NCBI GenBank assembly: GCA_040954595.2
Contig: CM082597.2
Span: 4,407,244-4,471,243, forward strand
Source of the DNA: Balanoglossus misakiensis
Lineage: Eukaryota > Animalia > Hemichordata
Length of the DNA stretch: 64,000 nt
Direction of reading: 5' to 3'
Position numbers and translations under genes: made by a program. This document shows, piece after piece, positions 38,746-59,299 of the stretch (within the stretch, counting starts at the first letter, position 1; each line of letters starts with the position of its first letter). The notes below the pieces were generated by a model. It saw only the letters and a list, made by a program, of their open reading frames with translations. It did no database searches and was not told the origin of the DNA.

Positions 38746-39711
38746 TGACGAACAGATGGCACTACGCCGTTTCTAAAATTAGCGCGATAGATTACAGGAT
38801 TTAGAATTATTATTCAGCTGAACAATAGCATACTATAATAGAAAGAGTGATTACAATAAACCGATTATAACCCCTACACAATGTGTTTGGAATGACGTTT
38901 GAATAACAGTTGAAGTTCCTGCGAGAAAAAAAAACACAATTTCCTTCTATCACTATCGCTCCCTAATCAATCACCATTTTATGTGTAATGGAAAAAAATA
39001 CCCAACTACCAATGTCATTACTAACAAGAAGGCTACATACTCACACGTCACAATCTTATTAGATGCTGCCTCATTAAGTCGAAATCTAAGTGACAAGTTG
39101 TCAGAAATTGGACTGCATCATCGTTATCTCTTATATATATATATTGTTGACGTCACGTAAACAGAAATACACCTTGCAGAAAGGGAAGTGCGAAACCACT
39201 GTTTACTTTGCATGGCGTTCCTTAATTAGATCAATTACGTGTCTTAACACCTTGTCATACAGGATACATAGAGAATTACCAATACATTTGATAACTGAGA
39301 TGGAAGATAATAAAATTCGTATTTTTTCTGTATGTGAGCAGAATGTTGTTGATGAAAAAAAACTGAAACAACTAAATATTAATTAGTGAGATTTTCGAAT
39401 AAATGCAACGTGGCAAATCTTTGCCAGACAAACAAATATGAGCTTGATCACATGACACACCTGTCGCCGTTGCTGCTGAAAATACTTTTAATATGATCAC
39501 GGTTACGTGAAACATTTGTCGGCGTTGTTTTAGACTGAAAATAATTTAAAAGCGTCCGGTTAATATCAGTACTTTTAATCAATCACTGCGTTAAGTTTTC
39601 CGCTTATAGGCGCAAATCTATCACAAAAGTCGACTTACAGCGCGAGTGTCTTCTCCACAAACAGTATCAATAGTTTCTCTGCTCTGGGTATGACCAGCTC
39701 CTCTATACACC

Positions 39712-41804
39712 ATGGATGCGGTTAAACACTTAGTTATGTGCTATTTATCCGTCTCCATATTTTTCCTGTCGCCATCGCTGGGAAAATCTCAGAAGAAACA
39801 GCCACACATCGTGTTTATTCTCGCCGATGATCTAGGTAAGAGTTTTCAACAATTATGTTCAACATCCCCCGCCCAACATACCAATAATCCTAGTCTTTGT
39901 TTTACTGTTTTATTTTGTTATCACATTGTTTATGTCTCAAACAATGCTACAGTCACGGTGATGTGTATATTAAACGGACAAAGTCTCTCTCTCGCTGCCC
40001 CTTTTCCATTAATTATGTTTGATACAAGACACCGTTTATGTTATTCTACATGTGTATATGTAGTGAATCAACGTTCGACCACACACAACTTCCACCCCGC
40101 TTGTAGACACGAGAGTGAAAAACTCGCCAAAATGAATAATCGGTCTTTACCGTTTATTTATTCATTCAGACTAAAACTTCTTTTTTGCTTGTATCATTAA
40201 TAAAGGATGGAGTGACGTGGGTTTCCACAACCCCTACGTTAAGACCCCCCACATAGATGCACTTGCCAGAGAGGGCGTCATCCTCAATCAATCATATGTG
40301 TCACAGTCATGTGGTCCGTGAGTAACCATGACAATACTTGTGATGTGCCAAGCCCGGATGCACACATACGCAACAATCTCGTGGTAGTAAAACTTTTCAC
40401 TGTCACCAACCGGTTACAATAAAAGTACCATTCACAAATGTGTTTGTCCTATGTGACATGAGAATGCTCTCCCTTATAAACTGTCTATAGCTACGCGAGA
40501 TCTCGTAGGTTCTCGCGGATTTTTGAAAAGGGCCTATCAGATTCCAACATTTTACAATGTTTTCATTTCAGATCTAGAGCAGCACTGATGTCTGGATACT
40601 ATTCTTATCGCCTGGGGTTTCAGGTGATTATCTTTTTGTAGTGACGTCATGCCACACAGCCCCTGTCTAATGATACAATCCATTTATCTGCTACAGCTTG
40701 CACAGACAGGGGATCTAGAACTAAAACAATCACCGGGCATTAACCACCCTTCATCTGACAATGTGACCATCTGTTTGGGGATTACGATAGATTGCGCCTC
40801 GAAAATCAAATCTTAAAGGGACAAAGTTTCTCTCTCGCTGCCCTTTTTCCATTAATTATATTTGATAAGAGACAACGTTTGTTATTCTACATGTGGATAT
40901 ATAGTGAATGAACATTCAACCACACACAACTTCCACCCGTCTTATAGACAGGAGAGTGAAAAAAACTCGCCAAAATGAATAATCGTTCTTTACCATTTAT
41001 TCATTTTGGGCGAGTTTTAACTCTCATATCATACAAGTGGGAAGGAAGTTTTGTGTGGTTGAACGTTGATTCACTATATATCCACATGTACATTAACATA
41101 AACAGTGTCTTGTATCAAACATAATTAATGGGAAAAGGTCAGCGAGAGAGAGACTTTGTCCCTTTAAAGATTCTCTCATATTTTGCTCAAGGAAGACTTT
41201 AGGAAAATGTCTCTTTAAATTGAGATTAAACATTAGTGCACCTCTCAAAATTTTGAATAAAAGAAAACTTGTCTCAATTTTTCTCAAATTCGATAATCAA
41301 AATGGCGCCGATCTCTGTGTCTTATCTATGAAAATTTGAAAAACAACAAGGTGAACACCCAGTTATCTTATTTGCTTTCAATAATTGGAAGGATTATCGT
41401 TTTTTTCTAAAAAATCTGTCCCCATCACGCGTTTTACCTGAAGACTTGAAGGAGTGGTTTTGCCCACTAGTTGAAGTAGGTAAGCGTTGAGCTAAGATCC
41501 GCCCAGGGTGAAGTCGTGCTACTAAGCCATTGCACTAGAAAGTAAGTAGTCGTTCTGAGTTTGGGGGCGCTCTGTACAGAAATTTGACACATGCAGGCAA
41601 TGTTGTAAGCCGTCCCAGTTGTGACATCTGACTACTGTCGTATTTGTTATATCATCCCAGGCAGGAGGGGCGCACCGGGAAATGCCTGTCGGATTATCGT
41701 TAGATCACACTCTGCTGCCTGCAAAACTACAGCATCTTGGTTACACAACATATATGGTTGGAAAGTAAGTAAAACAGTGTATGCGGTGTATGCCGTGCAA
41801 AGTG

Positions 41805-41843
<39 letters not shown>

Positions 41844-44800
41844 ATGTATGTATGTATGTATGTATGTATGTATGTATGTATGTATGTATGTATGTATGTA
41901 TGTATGTATGTATGTATGTATGTATGTATGTATGTATGTATGTATGTATGTATGTATGTATGTATGTATGTATGTATGTATCGCATATTGGCATTGAACA
42001 TAGTTGATAAAGAAATGTGAGAAGGATGATTTTGTTTATAAAGGAAATAAACCATTTACTCTAACAGGTGGCATTTAGGGCATTGCAAAAAGGAATATAC
42101 ACCAAATAAGCGTGGATTTCATCACTTCTACGGTTACTACCTCGCTGCTGGCGATTACTACACACATTTCGTGGGTAAGTACGTGATTAACGCTTTCGTT
42201 TTGTTTGTCCTGGCGACTATGAATAATATTTCTGCTAAAACATCAAAGCATTTCTATTCAGTATGCTCTGCGAAAGAGTAGGACGATTGTTCGAAATGTC
42301 ACCACCAGCGTACCAAATGCGTCTATGAAAACTTTGTCGGTGTAATAAAACGCTTTCAAAGTAAGTCGTCATGTTATTTGAAATAAGCCAACTCTCTTAA
42401 AATCAGTGATAAATCTTTGACTATTTTTTTTATAAATGTCGAGTTTGGTCTCATAGTTGTACTAAGCACCTTACTTCCATGTCTGTCAATTTTTCTCTAC
42501 CCAGGTAATGGCCTTGACCTCCACGATAATTTCGACCCCGACTGGAGTGAAAATGGAACGTATTCGTCTGTAAGTGAAATTTCTCGTTGCTATTTTGCTT
42601 GAGTTTAATATACGCTTGCAACATGTTTAGCAATAAATAATGCCAGTTGTGTCTGTAGCCCTAGCACCATCAACGAAGCTAGATAATTTTGCTACTACGT
42701 TTGACGTTAACAAACCTAGTGAATAGGCTCAATACTCCGTTTTCGAGATCCGGAACGAGATTCTCGAACAGGGCGTGAGTATAGTTCAAAACGAGGCTGA
42801 GGGTGAAACAACGCATGGCGAGTTGTTCGCTGAGTGATCGTGAAAGCAGCTTGCACCACGGGCGTCATGGAACGATAAAGTGTATTGATAATAATAAACT
42901 TACATGTATCAGTCACCGAACGCCTACTCTCAGTCTGTGTGCACAGTACATGCATGCTCACCCTCAGCCTAGTTTTCGTATGTCTCGCGAGAATCTCGTA
43001 ACTCGGGTCTACCCACTAACCTCCTCCGAGCAATCTGATCACAGGGGGTGCATGGTTTAGTCAACACTTCGAATTAGAAATTGTCTCCGATACTAGTATG
43101 ACCATGCTTATTCACGTTTAGTTTCTGAGTGATCATAGAAGACATGTATAAACAAATGCAAATACATTTTATGTTTACAGGAGTTGTACACCGGCAAGGC
43201 TGTTGATTTTATTGACAACCACGACAAAAGCAAGCCGATGTTTATGTACGTTGCTCATCAGAATATCCACAGTCCCTTAATGGTAGGTTATCAGCGTATA
43301 TTGTCGAATCAAATGTCATACGAACACTAAGTCAGAATTAGTTACAAGTACACAAACAAAAAGAGAATTGGAACCTGTCAACCATTGAACCATCGCTAAG
43401 GGGAGAACCATTTGATTCCTGGGGGGGGGGGGGGGCTTGGTTATGTCAGCAGTTTTTTCCGCCACTGTTATATCATTTTCTATTGCCAATCCTACTTTTT
43501 CATCAAGGCATATACAGTAAAACTGTCTAAACCAAACCCTGTCAGCTGGTATGTATTGCCTATAATTATTGTTTGTAACAATGTCTGGGGACCTCTTTTA
43601 TTTTCACCCTAGGTTCCAGAAAAGTACCTTCGAAAGTATAGATCAGTTAAGGATAAAAATCGGAGAACAATGCTTGGTATGTCTTACACAGCTAGCTTTA
43701 AGCCCCAATATTGCCACTTTTAGTCAATTGCTTGTGGATTCTAATATATATTTATAACAATTGTAAGTAATTATAATCAAAGCCTAATCAATCTAGATTG
43801 TTTGTGCCACATACACTTGCAGGTATGCTGACGGCTATGGACCATGGAATTGGTAAACTAGTTAAGCATCTAAAGCGAAGAAAGATGTGGGAAAATACAT
43901 TGCTGGTATTCTCAACTGATGTAAGTGCTGTGCACTTTATTCTAGCATGATTGTACAGTATAAATTGTATAACACAAAGTCAGAAGTCCATCAGAGCTAA
44001 CATTCATTCACACCACCTATACATGTACTACGGCGTGTTGTATAAATAATGACTCATGGAAGTTGGGCATGTTTTAGGTCATATTGCATCCTTATTATAA
44101 TCATCAATGCTTTCCACACAACCACAACCATGCAAATAAGGCGGTGATCCTAGTAAGACAGGCAGACATATTTGTCACATTCTCAACTGCTTCCCCCACC
44201 ATCACCACCACCACCACCACCACCATCACCATCATCACCAACGCCTTCATAATCATCGATAAATTCTTCGCTATCAAATGACGTCAGACGCGCTCAGGCG
44301 GCAGTTACGTTCGCATTCAAATTTCCAGATGACGGGCAACTTCAGCAACGTGGACTTACGTGGTGCAGACAAAGACTGTGCAGACGAAATGCAATGAGGC
44401 TGATGAGGCAACATCCCCGATACATGTTATGTGTCTGGCGGTTCTAAAGTAAAAACATACTCGGGGAAAAACTTTTACTGGATGCCGAAATATTTCTTGC
44501 CCGTCATCTGGAAATGACTTCGCCATGGGACACATTGCCAGATCACGTGATTGATAGTAAAGAATACCATTTATTTGAAACAGAACGGAGGAGTACAGCA
44601 TGACGACGTACCAGGGAGCAACTGGCCACTCTTTGGCGAGAAACAGTCATTGTATGAAGGTTCTACGCGGGCCGTTAGTTTCATACACGGCAGTATGCTT
44701 GAACAAACCGGCCATGTATATGACGGGTTTGTATAATTCTATTCTATATTTAATTTTCTTTGGCGAAGGACTCGAAATAGACAAAACCGATACCAAAATG

Positions 44801-46782
44801 CCTATGACCGTCTGTCACATGATTATGGGAAGAAGACATATAATTATCTTTCTTACCCTTTCAGACTGGTCCATATAGTTGATTGGTACCCAACTCTTGT
44901 CACAGCTGCCGGAGGAAGGGTTTTTGGTAATGTATTTGTTAGACTCTCTCACAGCCCACGATTCGCTACAAGGCTCTTCACTGACGTTTGGCAAGGGAGA
45001 AGCACCGTTTGGTGTTGTGTAGCGAACCTCTCGCCGGGCACACATGCAATCAGTCCATAAGCCTGCATGGACGACGAGAGGGGATGTGAGAGAGTCTATG
45101 TATTGATAATTTGTGTGCCAAGCACAAACAATATTGTTGGGTAAACACATGTGACGTGTAGGAGGGAAATGGGGAGAGGGTGGGGGATAGACAGACAGAG
45201 AGAGAGACAAAGACAGACAAAGAGAGAGAGACAGGACGTGTAAACTTGAAAACGACAGTTCTGTTTGAGTCGAGATGTCGTGTGACAAAGCTCTGACTTC
45301 CCATGCGATTTTCTGTCACGTTACCAGATAACAAGATGGATGGTATTGATGTTTGGCGAGCGTTGTCTACAAACACGGAATCACCGAGAACGGAATTTAT
45401 TTACAACATTATACCCGAGTGGCAAGTAGCAGCAATCAGGTACTTTGGAATGAATTATTCCTTCATTGTACTATATTTTATTTATTTATTGCTCGTATTT
45501 TCATGTATCTCTGTGTTGTATATAAAATCAGTGGTAATACTTACGTATATAACATAACATAACTTTAATTCATATTGTCCTAAGTATATAAAATCAGTGG
45601 TGATATTTACAAAGCATTCGACACGTAAATGTTTTATTTTCTGTCAATAAAGTTGGAGATTTTTTGTCTGACGATCGTTTCAGTCAACAGAATGCAACTC
45701 TTATACATCCATACAAACACATACACTTTTTATGGTTGTGGTGTATCCTACTATTAAAATAAAACATATCTTGTCTTATTTTTCTTCAGGAAAGGGGATT
45801 ACAAGTTAATTAACGGTTCAACACGTCACAAGCTATGTAGGTTTATGTCAAATAGGTGAATTGTAACATGGGGATTATTGAAAAGATTTCTGTTGATTCC
45901 TACAGGCGAAAATCTTAGAGACATAATATGAACACCTAGATTTTGTGTTGTTGATTGTAAAGGTTTAAATATGTTTCAAGCGTCATTGTTTGCTATTAGT
46001 TAAAGGCAATCAAAATATTTGCTTTAAAACGACCTTCTTGTACTCATACAACATTAACTGAACCAGATCTCTGATATTCTAAAATTTCAAATGCAAACTG
46101 TAGACACAAATATGCAAATTGCAAACTTCCGTGTTACTCTATTCCCTGTTTCCGGTTCCAGCATGTTGGTTCCCCCCACCGGAAGTCGGAAAGAAGTATG
46201 GAAAGAAGTCCTGCAGAACAAAGGATCCAGATGGTGTTCAACTGTTCAATTTAAAAGGTAATCAGACCACGAATTTTCTATATATGCAGTTAATTATGGG
46301 TCAACTCTATTTGGATTGTGGTGTTTGTCAAAGCTAGGGAAGGCCATCAACATTTTACCCGCAAAGGTGGCAATTTGATAAAAGATACATTATATTCAAA
46401 TATGTAATCGAGGCCTTACAGTATACTCTGATTCACGGTCACACATTTAACCGGAGCTGTAATTAGAGTCAAACCTGTGTTAATGGCCACCTGTATATAG
46501 TGGCCACTTTGGTACAGTCCCCTTTGTTTAGTGCCCGTGATTTACATGATAAAAATCAGCCCAACCATTTCCATTCTCTTTTCAATGCACATATTTCTAC
46601 CAACAGATGACCCTTTGGAAAAGTTTAACCTGGCTGAAGAAATGCCTGATAAAGTTAGGGAACTGAACGCGATACTGGCAGAAAAGAGTCGCGAAGTTGT
46701 GCCAGCTTTTGACAAGGAGCATAAATTGGAAGCGGCCAAGCCAAGAAACCGCGGAAATGTCTGGAATTACGGATGGTGTTAA
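39712..46782 (+). CDS. Arylsulfatase B-like sulfatase, copy 4 (15 exons; most divergent)
   Basis: [42 protein letters not shown]; [12 protein letters not shown]; GKWHLG; NIHSP; STDNG; [17 protein letters not shown]; WNYGWC-TAA. AATAAA 47089. Confidence 0.93.
39970..40166. mobile_element. Truncated copy of MITE family A, sulfatase 4 intron 1
   Basis: ttaaacggacaaagtctctctctcgctgcccc... matches the left arm of 40813-41167. Confidence 0.85.
40813..41167. mobile_element. Full-length foldback (palindromic) MITE, family A, TTAA target-site duplication, Kolobok-like termini
   Basis: TTAA-agggacaaagtttctctctcgctg ... cagcgagagagagactttgtccct-TTAA. The two ~170-bp arms are inverted repeats over almost their whole length. 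Confidence 0.9.
41802..41980 (+). repeat. (TG)n(TATG)n microsatellite, sulfatase 4 intron 4
   Basis: Directly visible. Confidence 0.97.
42717..43018. mobile_element. MITE-like element with imperfect inverted ends, sulfatase 4 intron 6
   Basis: tagtgaataggctc...cgagattctcg...aaaacgaggctgagggtga pairs with tcaccctcagcctagtttt...cgagaatctcg...gggtctacccacta. Confidence 0.65.
44321..44515. mobile_element. MITE-like element with a perfect 19-bp inverted repeat, sulfatase 4 intron 9
   Basis: atttccagatgacgggcaa (44321-44339) / ttgcccgtcatctggaaat (44497-44515). Confidence 0.7.
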
Positions 46783-47326
46783 CCAGTGACAGTGTACCAT
46801 CAGCCATGCTTCGTCACATCAGTATCACCTGGCCTTCACAGTGTCAAACTGTGTCGGTCAAAAGTTACAGTTACTGTTTGAAGCAACGCTTCAGATTATT
46901 TGTCAGACAATGGTGATGACGCTTACAAATTAATATCCTTGAGGTCTAATATGGGAAATTGCGCCCTCTCTAATAGTATACAGGGGGCATCCATTCGTGT
47001 AGAAATATTGCAATTACGGTAAAAAATGTTGACCTGAAATTTATTGTACGAACTCTTGTTAACAGTGTTTCACTGTACAACCGTTGTAAATAAATGCATG
47101 CGAGGTTAATTATAATATTACTGAATATTCGATTAATATTTCTTTGCCACTATAATTATCAGCATAGGTGTATATAGATTATTGCACACTTGGTTGTATG
47201 GGGAGCGCCAAGCCTACTCGTACCCTCCAACCAGAGTACAGTGTACTGTCTTTTGAAAAGGCATTTCTGTAGAATTTACACTGTTGTCAACTTTCAATGG
47301 AGCAATAAAATCGGATTAACATCTAA

Positions 47327-47402
47327 CTGCCCCTTTTCCATCAATTATGTTTGATGCAAGACAGCGTTAATGTTATTCTACATGTGGATATATAGAGAAT
47401 CA
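47327..47402. mobile_element. Internal fragment of MITE family A
   Basis: ctgccccttttccatcaattatgtttgatgcaagacagcg...ctacatgtggatatatag. Confidence 0.75.
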
Positions 47403-48237
47403 TGACGTGGTAGGTTTCACTTGGGAAGTTCCCCTTTGGGTACCTTGTCAGTATTTTATCATTCGAAAATTAAATCCAACAAATTAAAATGCATTGTTTT
47501 CATAATGTTATATCTGGAATGCCAATTCAGTAGCACTTTACTGCCTGAAGGGCTATCATGAGAGGCGCCTCCAAAAGATCACACGGGTCATCTTGGGAAA
47601 CCCGTCCACGAATGGAATTTATTCAGTGTTCCATGCGTCTCAAAATCATTTTCGATTCGGGGATACTGCCTTTTCATTGTAATATTAGAGAGGTATAATC
47701 ATGATAATTCTTTTCATTTCGTTCTGGTGGTGACAATTTTTCTTTGTCGGAGTAACGTCATGTCGACACAGGACACCACTGTCAACTCTGCCTTCATCTG
47801 TTATCAGCAAACTACCCCATTGTAAAACAGTGTTTACTAACCTGGTGCATTAAAACAATCAACGCCCACACGCACAGCTTGCTAATTACCTATACGAGAC
47901 TAATAATTTAGACTCAGGTAATTCGGTGAGAAGTACCGTGTCCAGAGCAAGTCTGTGCGGGCATTGATTGTGATCGACTCTCATCTCAGCCTGGTGTGGA
48001 GGCATCGCCGTTAGAACTTAGACACACAGCCCTGCCACGCAGAGCTACTCTCATTTTTGCTCGAACCTCGTTCGTCACCAAAACCTAGACGGAACGGGAG
48101 ATTCACTCGACCATTTGGTGACGGCAGCTCCAGGATAGAAAGGTTTCTTGCGACTCTCATTTCGGCGCGCGCACCGTGTAAAACATGCCTGCAGCTACCG
48201 ACGACAACAAGGGGAGTACGAACTGACGACGTATATT

Positions 48238-48269
48238 GTGACGTCACTGACAGGACCACTAGAGGGCGC
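48238..48269 (+). promoter_or_regulatory. CRE palindrome plus a consensus CTCF motif
   Basis: GTGACGTCAC (48238-48247) and CCACTAGAGGGCGC (48256-48269), in a CpG-rich patch between convergent genes. Confidence 0.5.
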
Positions 48270-48531
48270 TGTGATAAGGTGACGTGTACATACACAAATA
48301 CAGGTCGACAGATGTTGATACGACACACATTTGCCCCTGGTGTGAACACACAAACATGACACACATCACAACTCTGAACACGAAAGTTGCAAAACCCAGA
48401 ATCATTATACATAGTTTTCTCTGTTTATTTAAAACTTGCTTGTGACAGATTGTTCTATAAATCAATACATCTTGCCTTGATAGTGTAACAAAACATTACA
48501 TGATTGCCTTTCTGTTAAAATTAAAAAAAAG

Positions 48532-48657
48532 GGTTCATGACAGTTACCCCCTGGGTATTCACTCCCCAATGTCAGGTATGGAACGAGGGGTCAGACATCT
48601 GTATGGTTAGTGAACACGTCTTGTGGGCAAATCCCCAGGGGGTGACTGTCCTAGAAC
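48532..48657. mobile_element. Small inverted-repeat element
   Basis: gttcatgacagttaccccctggg pairs with cccaggggggtgactgtcctagaac. Confidence 0.5.
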
Positions 48658-48799
48658 AAAAAATACCCCTGTTCTACACACCTTTTGAATAGTACCAAAG
48701 AAATCACCATCAAGTAAATGCATACAAATTCGAATGCCAGAGTAAACCGCTAAACATGCCGTGTTAGTCAAAGAATACTCTTGAAATTGTGATAGAACC

Positions 48800-48892
48800 T
48801 TAACCCTTTCACCCCCAGTTCCCTCTTTAGAGGTCCAACTTTACCATAAGAATCAATGGGGTTGGACTGAACCATGGTGGTGAAAGGGTTAA
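48800..48892. mobile_element. Complete ~85-bp piggyBac-like MITE (family B)
   Basis: TTAA-CCCTTTCACC ... GGTGAAAGGG-TTAA. TTAA duplication with CCC/GGG termini is typical of piggyBac. Confidence 0.85.
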
Positions 48893-51056
48893 ATAGCTGA
48901 TAAGTACTCTATTCTACAGACTTGAATCATAAGTCTTCTTGGCTTCTGACAACAGTGTAGTGTGTTTAACTACATTTTACAATGGGTTTGTTCCATCGAT
49001 AGTCAAGTATTAACCTTCAGAGTTCGAGAAAAATGCTCAATAACCAATTCTACTTTTTCATTTCATTGTGAAGGCTACATGTATATTCAAGTTCATTGTA
49101 CACCATTATTTTAAACATACAAGAAACTAAAAGACAATGACATTAAGATTTTTACCATAAAGAAAAGCTCAAGGCACAGTATTCATTATACAGTGATTAT
49201 TATGGTACCAATGGAAATTTTTTTACAAGGCTATGAAAACTGAAATTTTCACTAATCGATCATGATAAATCTTGATACTTGTAATAGGCCGACGTTCATG
49301 AAACAGTAAAATGATCTTCCAAAATAAGAAACAAACTTATGAAATATCTTTCGAAAACGAAAAGACTAAAATCTTCAAACAACTGATGGGAAAACAACAA
49401 CTGCGCTGAGTAACAATGTGATATATTGTATAATGGTTATTTGTATATGGTCTGCGGCACTTTAACTGTGATCAGTTAGTAACTCTTGGTACTGTACAAT
49501 AAAAACGCACTCATAATTCGGCAAAATAAAATGTCATTATGCTAAAAGAATGGCATAGCATCCAATATTTCCTCTCAATAATACAGATGAAATATGTGTA
49601 AAATAAAATGAGTTAAACTTTCTTACATATTTTCACACAAATAATTATTTACATTTATTTTACAACATTGTATCTAAAATTTATCATTTATCGTTTAAAT
49701 TCTCCAGATTAAGTCTCCAATCCACACAAGGTACACACTCACACAGCTTGGTGCAGAACTACACTAGACTATACTATATATGTTATGTGCTCACTACTCC
49801 ACATCTAGGATTTAAAGGGACCCCCCTTAATTAAGAACACGTTCCGTATTTCAGGTACATGAATATTCACCATTGTATCACTACAATTAAATTTGAATAA
49901 TACTGGATCATCACTTGGACAGATTATGGACCAACTGAAACTGGAAAAATGTTGCATCATTAACAATAATTAACCCTGTATTTAAAAAAAATGTTTACAA
50001 TAATTATATCTCCAATTTGTCAATTTTAGTACTATTAAATAAACAAGTTTGAAATTAAAAATATTTGTTTATAAAACTTACCTAAATGCATCATATTTGG
50101 CATTTTCATTTTCTAGTTTATCCTCTCATAATTTCTGCAAAACTGATTTAAGTTCTGATTGGTTGTAAACATGTCCATCATGTTGCCATTATAACAAAGG
50201 GGAGACTTGTAACATTTGTTCTCTTAATAAATTATGCAAAATAGGCCAAGATCACCCAACCGCATGGGAGCAAAGTTTACAGTTGCCGCATGTACCCAAC
50301 CTTCTATAGGGTATAATTTGGTAAGAAAAATCCTGTGTATCTGTGCCTGCTACGGGTATAAACACATGTGCAGAGAAGTCTAACCCCTAATCTATCACTG
50401 CAGGAATCAATCAATCTACAAATTACTGTCGCACAGAAACTGCATAGAAAAAATGCTTCTATCATTCATGATGAGATGTGTATGTATGTGATTCAGTTTG
50501 TTTTAAGAACATTTGGTACCACTTCTAGTTGCACTCTACTAAAATTAAAACATTTACGAGAAAAATAAAGACGTTCTTCCTCTGCCTTTGGCGAATTACT
50601 AAACTTCTATCAGTTTTAAATGCATGTAGACAATGTTTTCATATGATATTTCATTGTTACTTTGATACATTGGGCTAAATATCACCATGTATCATAATTC
50701 AAAAATGCCTTGTACAGATGGAATATGGGACAAGAAACAAAGTATTGATAGCAATGACCTCTGAAATACTATACTTCAACTGACAACACACAAGTACACA
50801 GCTCACATACATGTTCAGGTACAGAGTATAAGTACAAAACACTTTTAAATTTCTGTACTTGGAAAAAGGACGGGTTATTTCCTGAACATTCTACGAAGGA
50901 ATGAAGGTGAGACTGTAAAGATAAAAAAGTGATATCGTTTTCATGTAAATACAAAAGATATTGCTTCCTTGCAGAGCAAGCAATCCATCACTGAAAGATT
51001 TTCGAGTTAAAAATATATGATTTCTCTTTACATTTGCTGTAAATACTTCTACAAAA

Positions 51057-58013
<6,957 letters not shown>

Positions 58014-59299
58014 CTGTAAGGATATTGAAAACAAAGAATTAGGATTATTTCTTTATGCCTTCTCAATGGTGTGATACATTTACATGTAGTTTCCTTTCAA
58101 AGCAAACAAATCAACAATATACTAACTGCAAAAGTTCCTCCTTATGTGAGGAAATTTTAACACCCCTTTGTCAATTCCTGGAAATTTCTCATGTCGCTTT
58201 CAAAGTGGCAATGTCTTAAGTCATTACCGCATCCTTGACACCATACATGTAGGAACTGAATGATAATGTAATTTGCATGCCCAGTGTATCAGTGTTTACA
58301 GTGCGAGGCCTTACACATGATATAGACTAAATACAAATATTTTTTTTTCTCTCTCTCTCTGTTAACAAGTTTCATCAATTCTCCGTCTTCTTTTCTCGTT
58401 TTATTTTCTCTCTATCTCTCCCTCTCTTACTTGCTCCTTCTTTGTGAAAAAGAACTTATAAATTCTAACCGAAATTTAAATTAAGTGTTTTTGCCGCATT
58501 TAGACATAAATTTTTAATTCATTAAAAGGTTAATTGTTGCGGCAAGTCTTCCCAATACACAGTCGGTGTAATATGAGATGTGATGAATGAATATTGAGAT
58601 CTACAAGACAATTGTTTGTGTGTTCATCTTGAAGCAATACTACATTATGAATGTAATTTTTCCTGAGGGTTCAATGTTTACTGCTGGAATGATTATTAGT
58701 TATTCACAATGTCACATCCTATAGGATTGCTTTATTTTGACTCTCTGAGAATGTATGCATAACCATGATTTCACAAACCTTACACCTGAACCAAGACATC
58801 GTCACATGTGATCAGTACATTGACCACTCAGACTCCCTATCACAAAACTGTTGCTATGCAACCGAACCAAAGATCTAGCAAAGTCGCTACAAAGAAAATG
58901 TCGCCACGCAACCCCCCAGCTCTGACCTCTGAAGAATCATCCTCCAGAATGAAAAGATGACGAATTCAGGATTGTCTTGAAGACAATGGCGCCAGTCAAG
59001 CATGAACACTGGGTGAAATTGTATCTGCAGGTGTGTAATTCTACTGGTTTTAATAAAGGCATACATCACAATATAATATGTATGTATGCTTAGAATTCCT
59101 CTTCAGACTTCTGTCGTTATGTTGAAAACTTGAAATCTACACTGTATTAGAAATGTACACAAAGGCCACATACACGTATGCAGTGTACATGTAATATACA
59201 TGTACATCTTGTGGGAACTTCCTCTGAAGTTACATAAGAGATATTACTAAAAATAGAAGCTTTTCAAACACACTCAAGGCTTATTTCATTAAAAATTGT

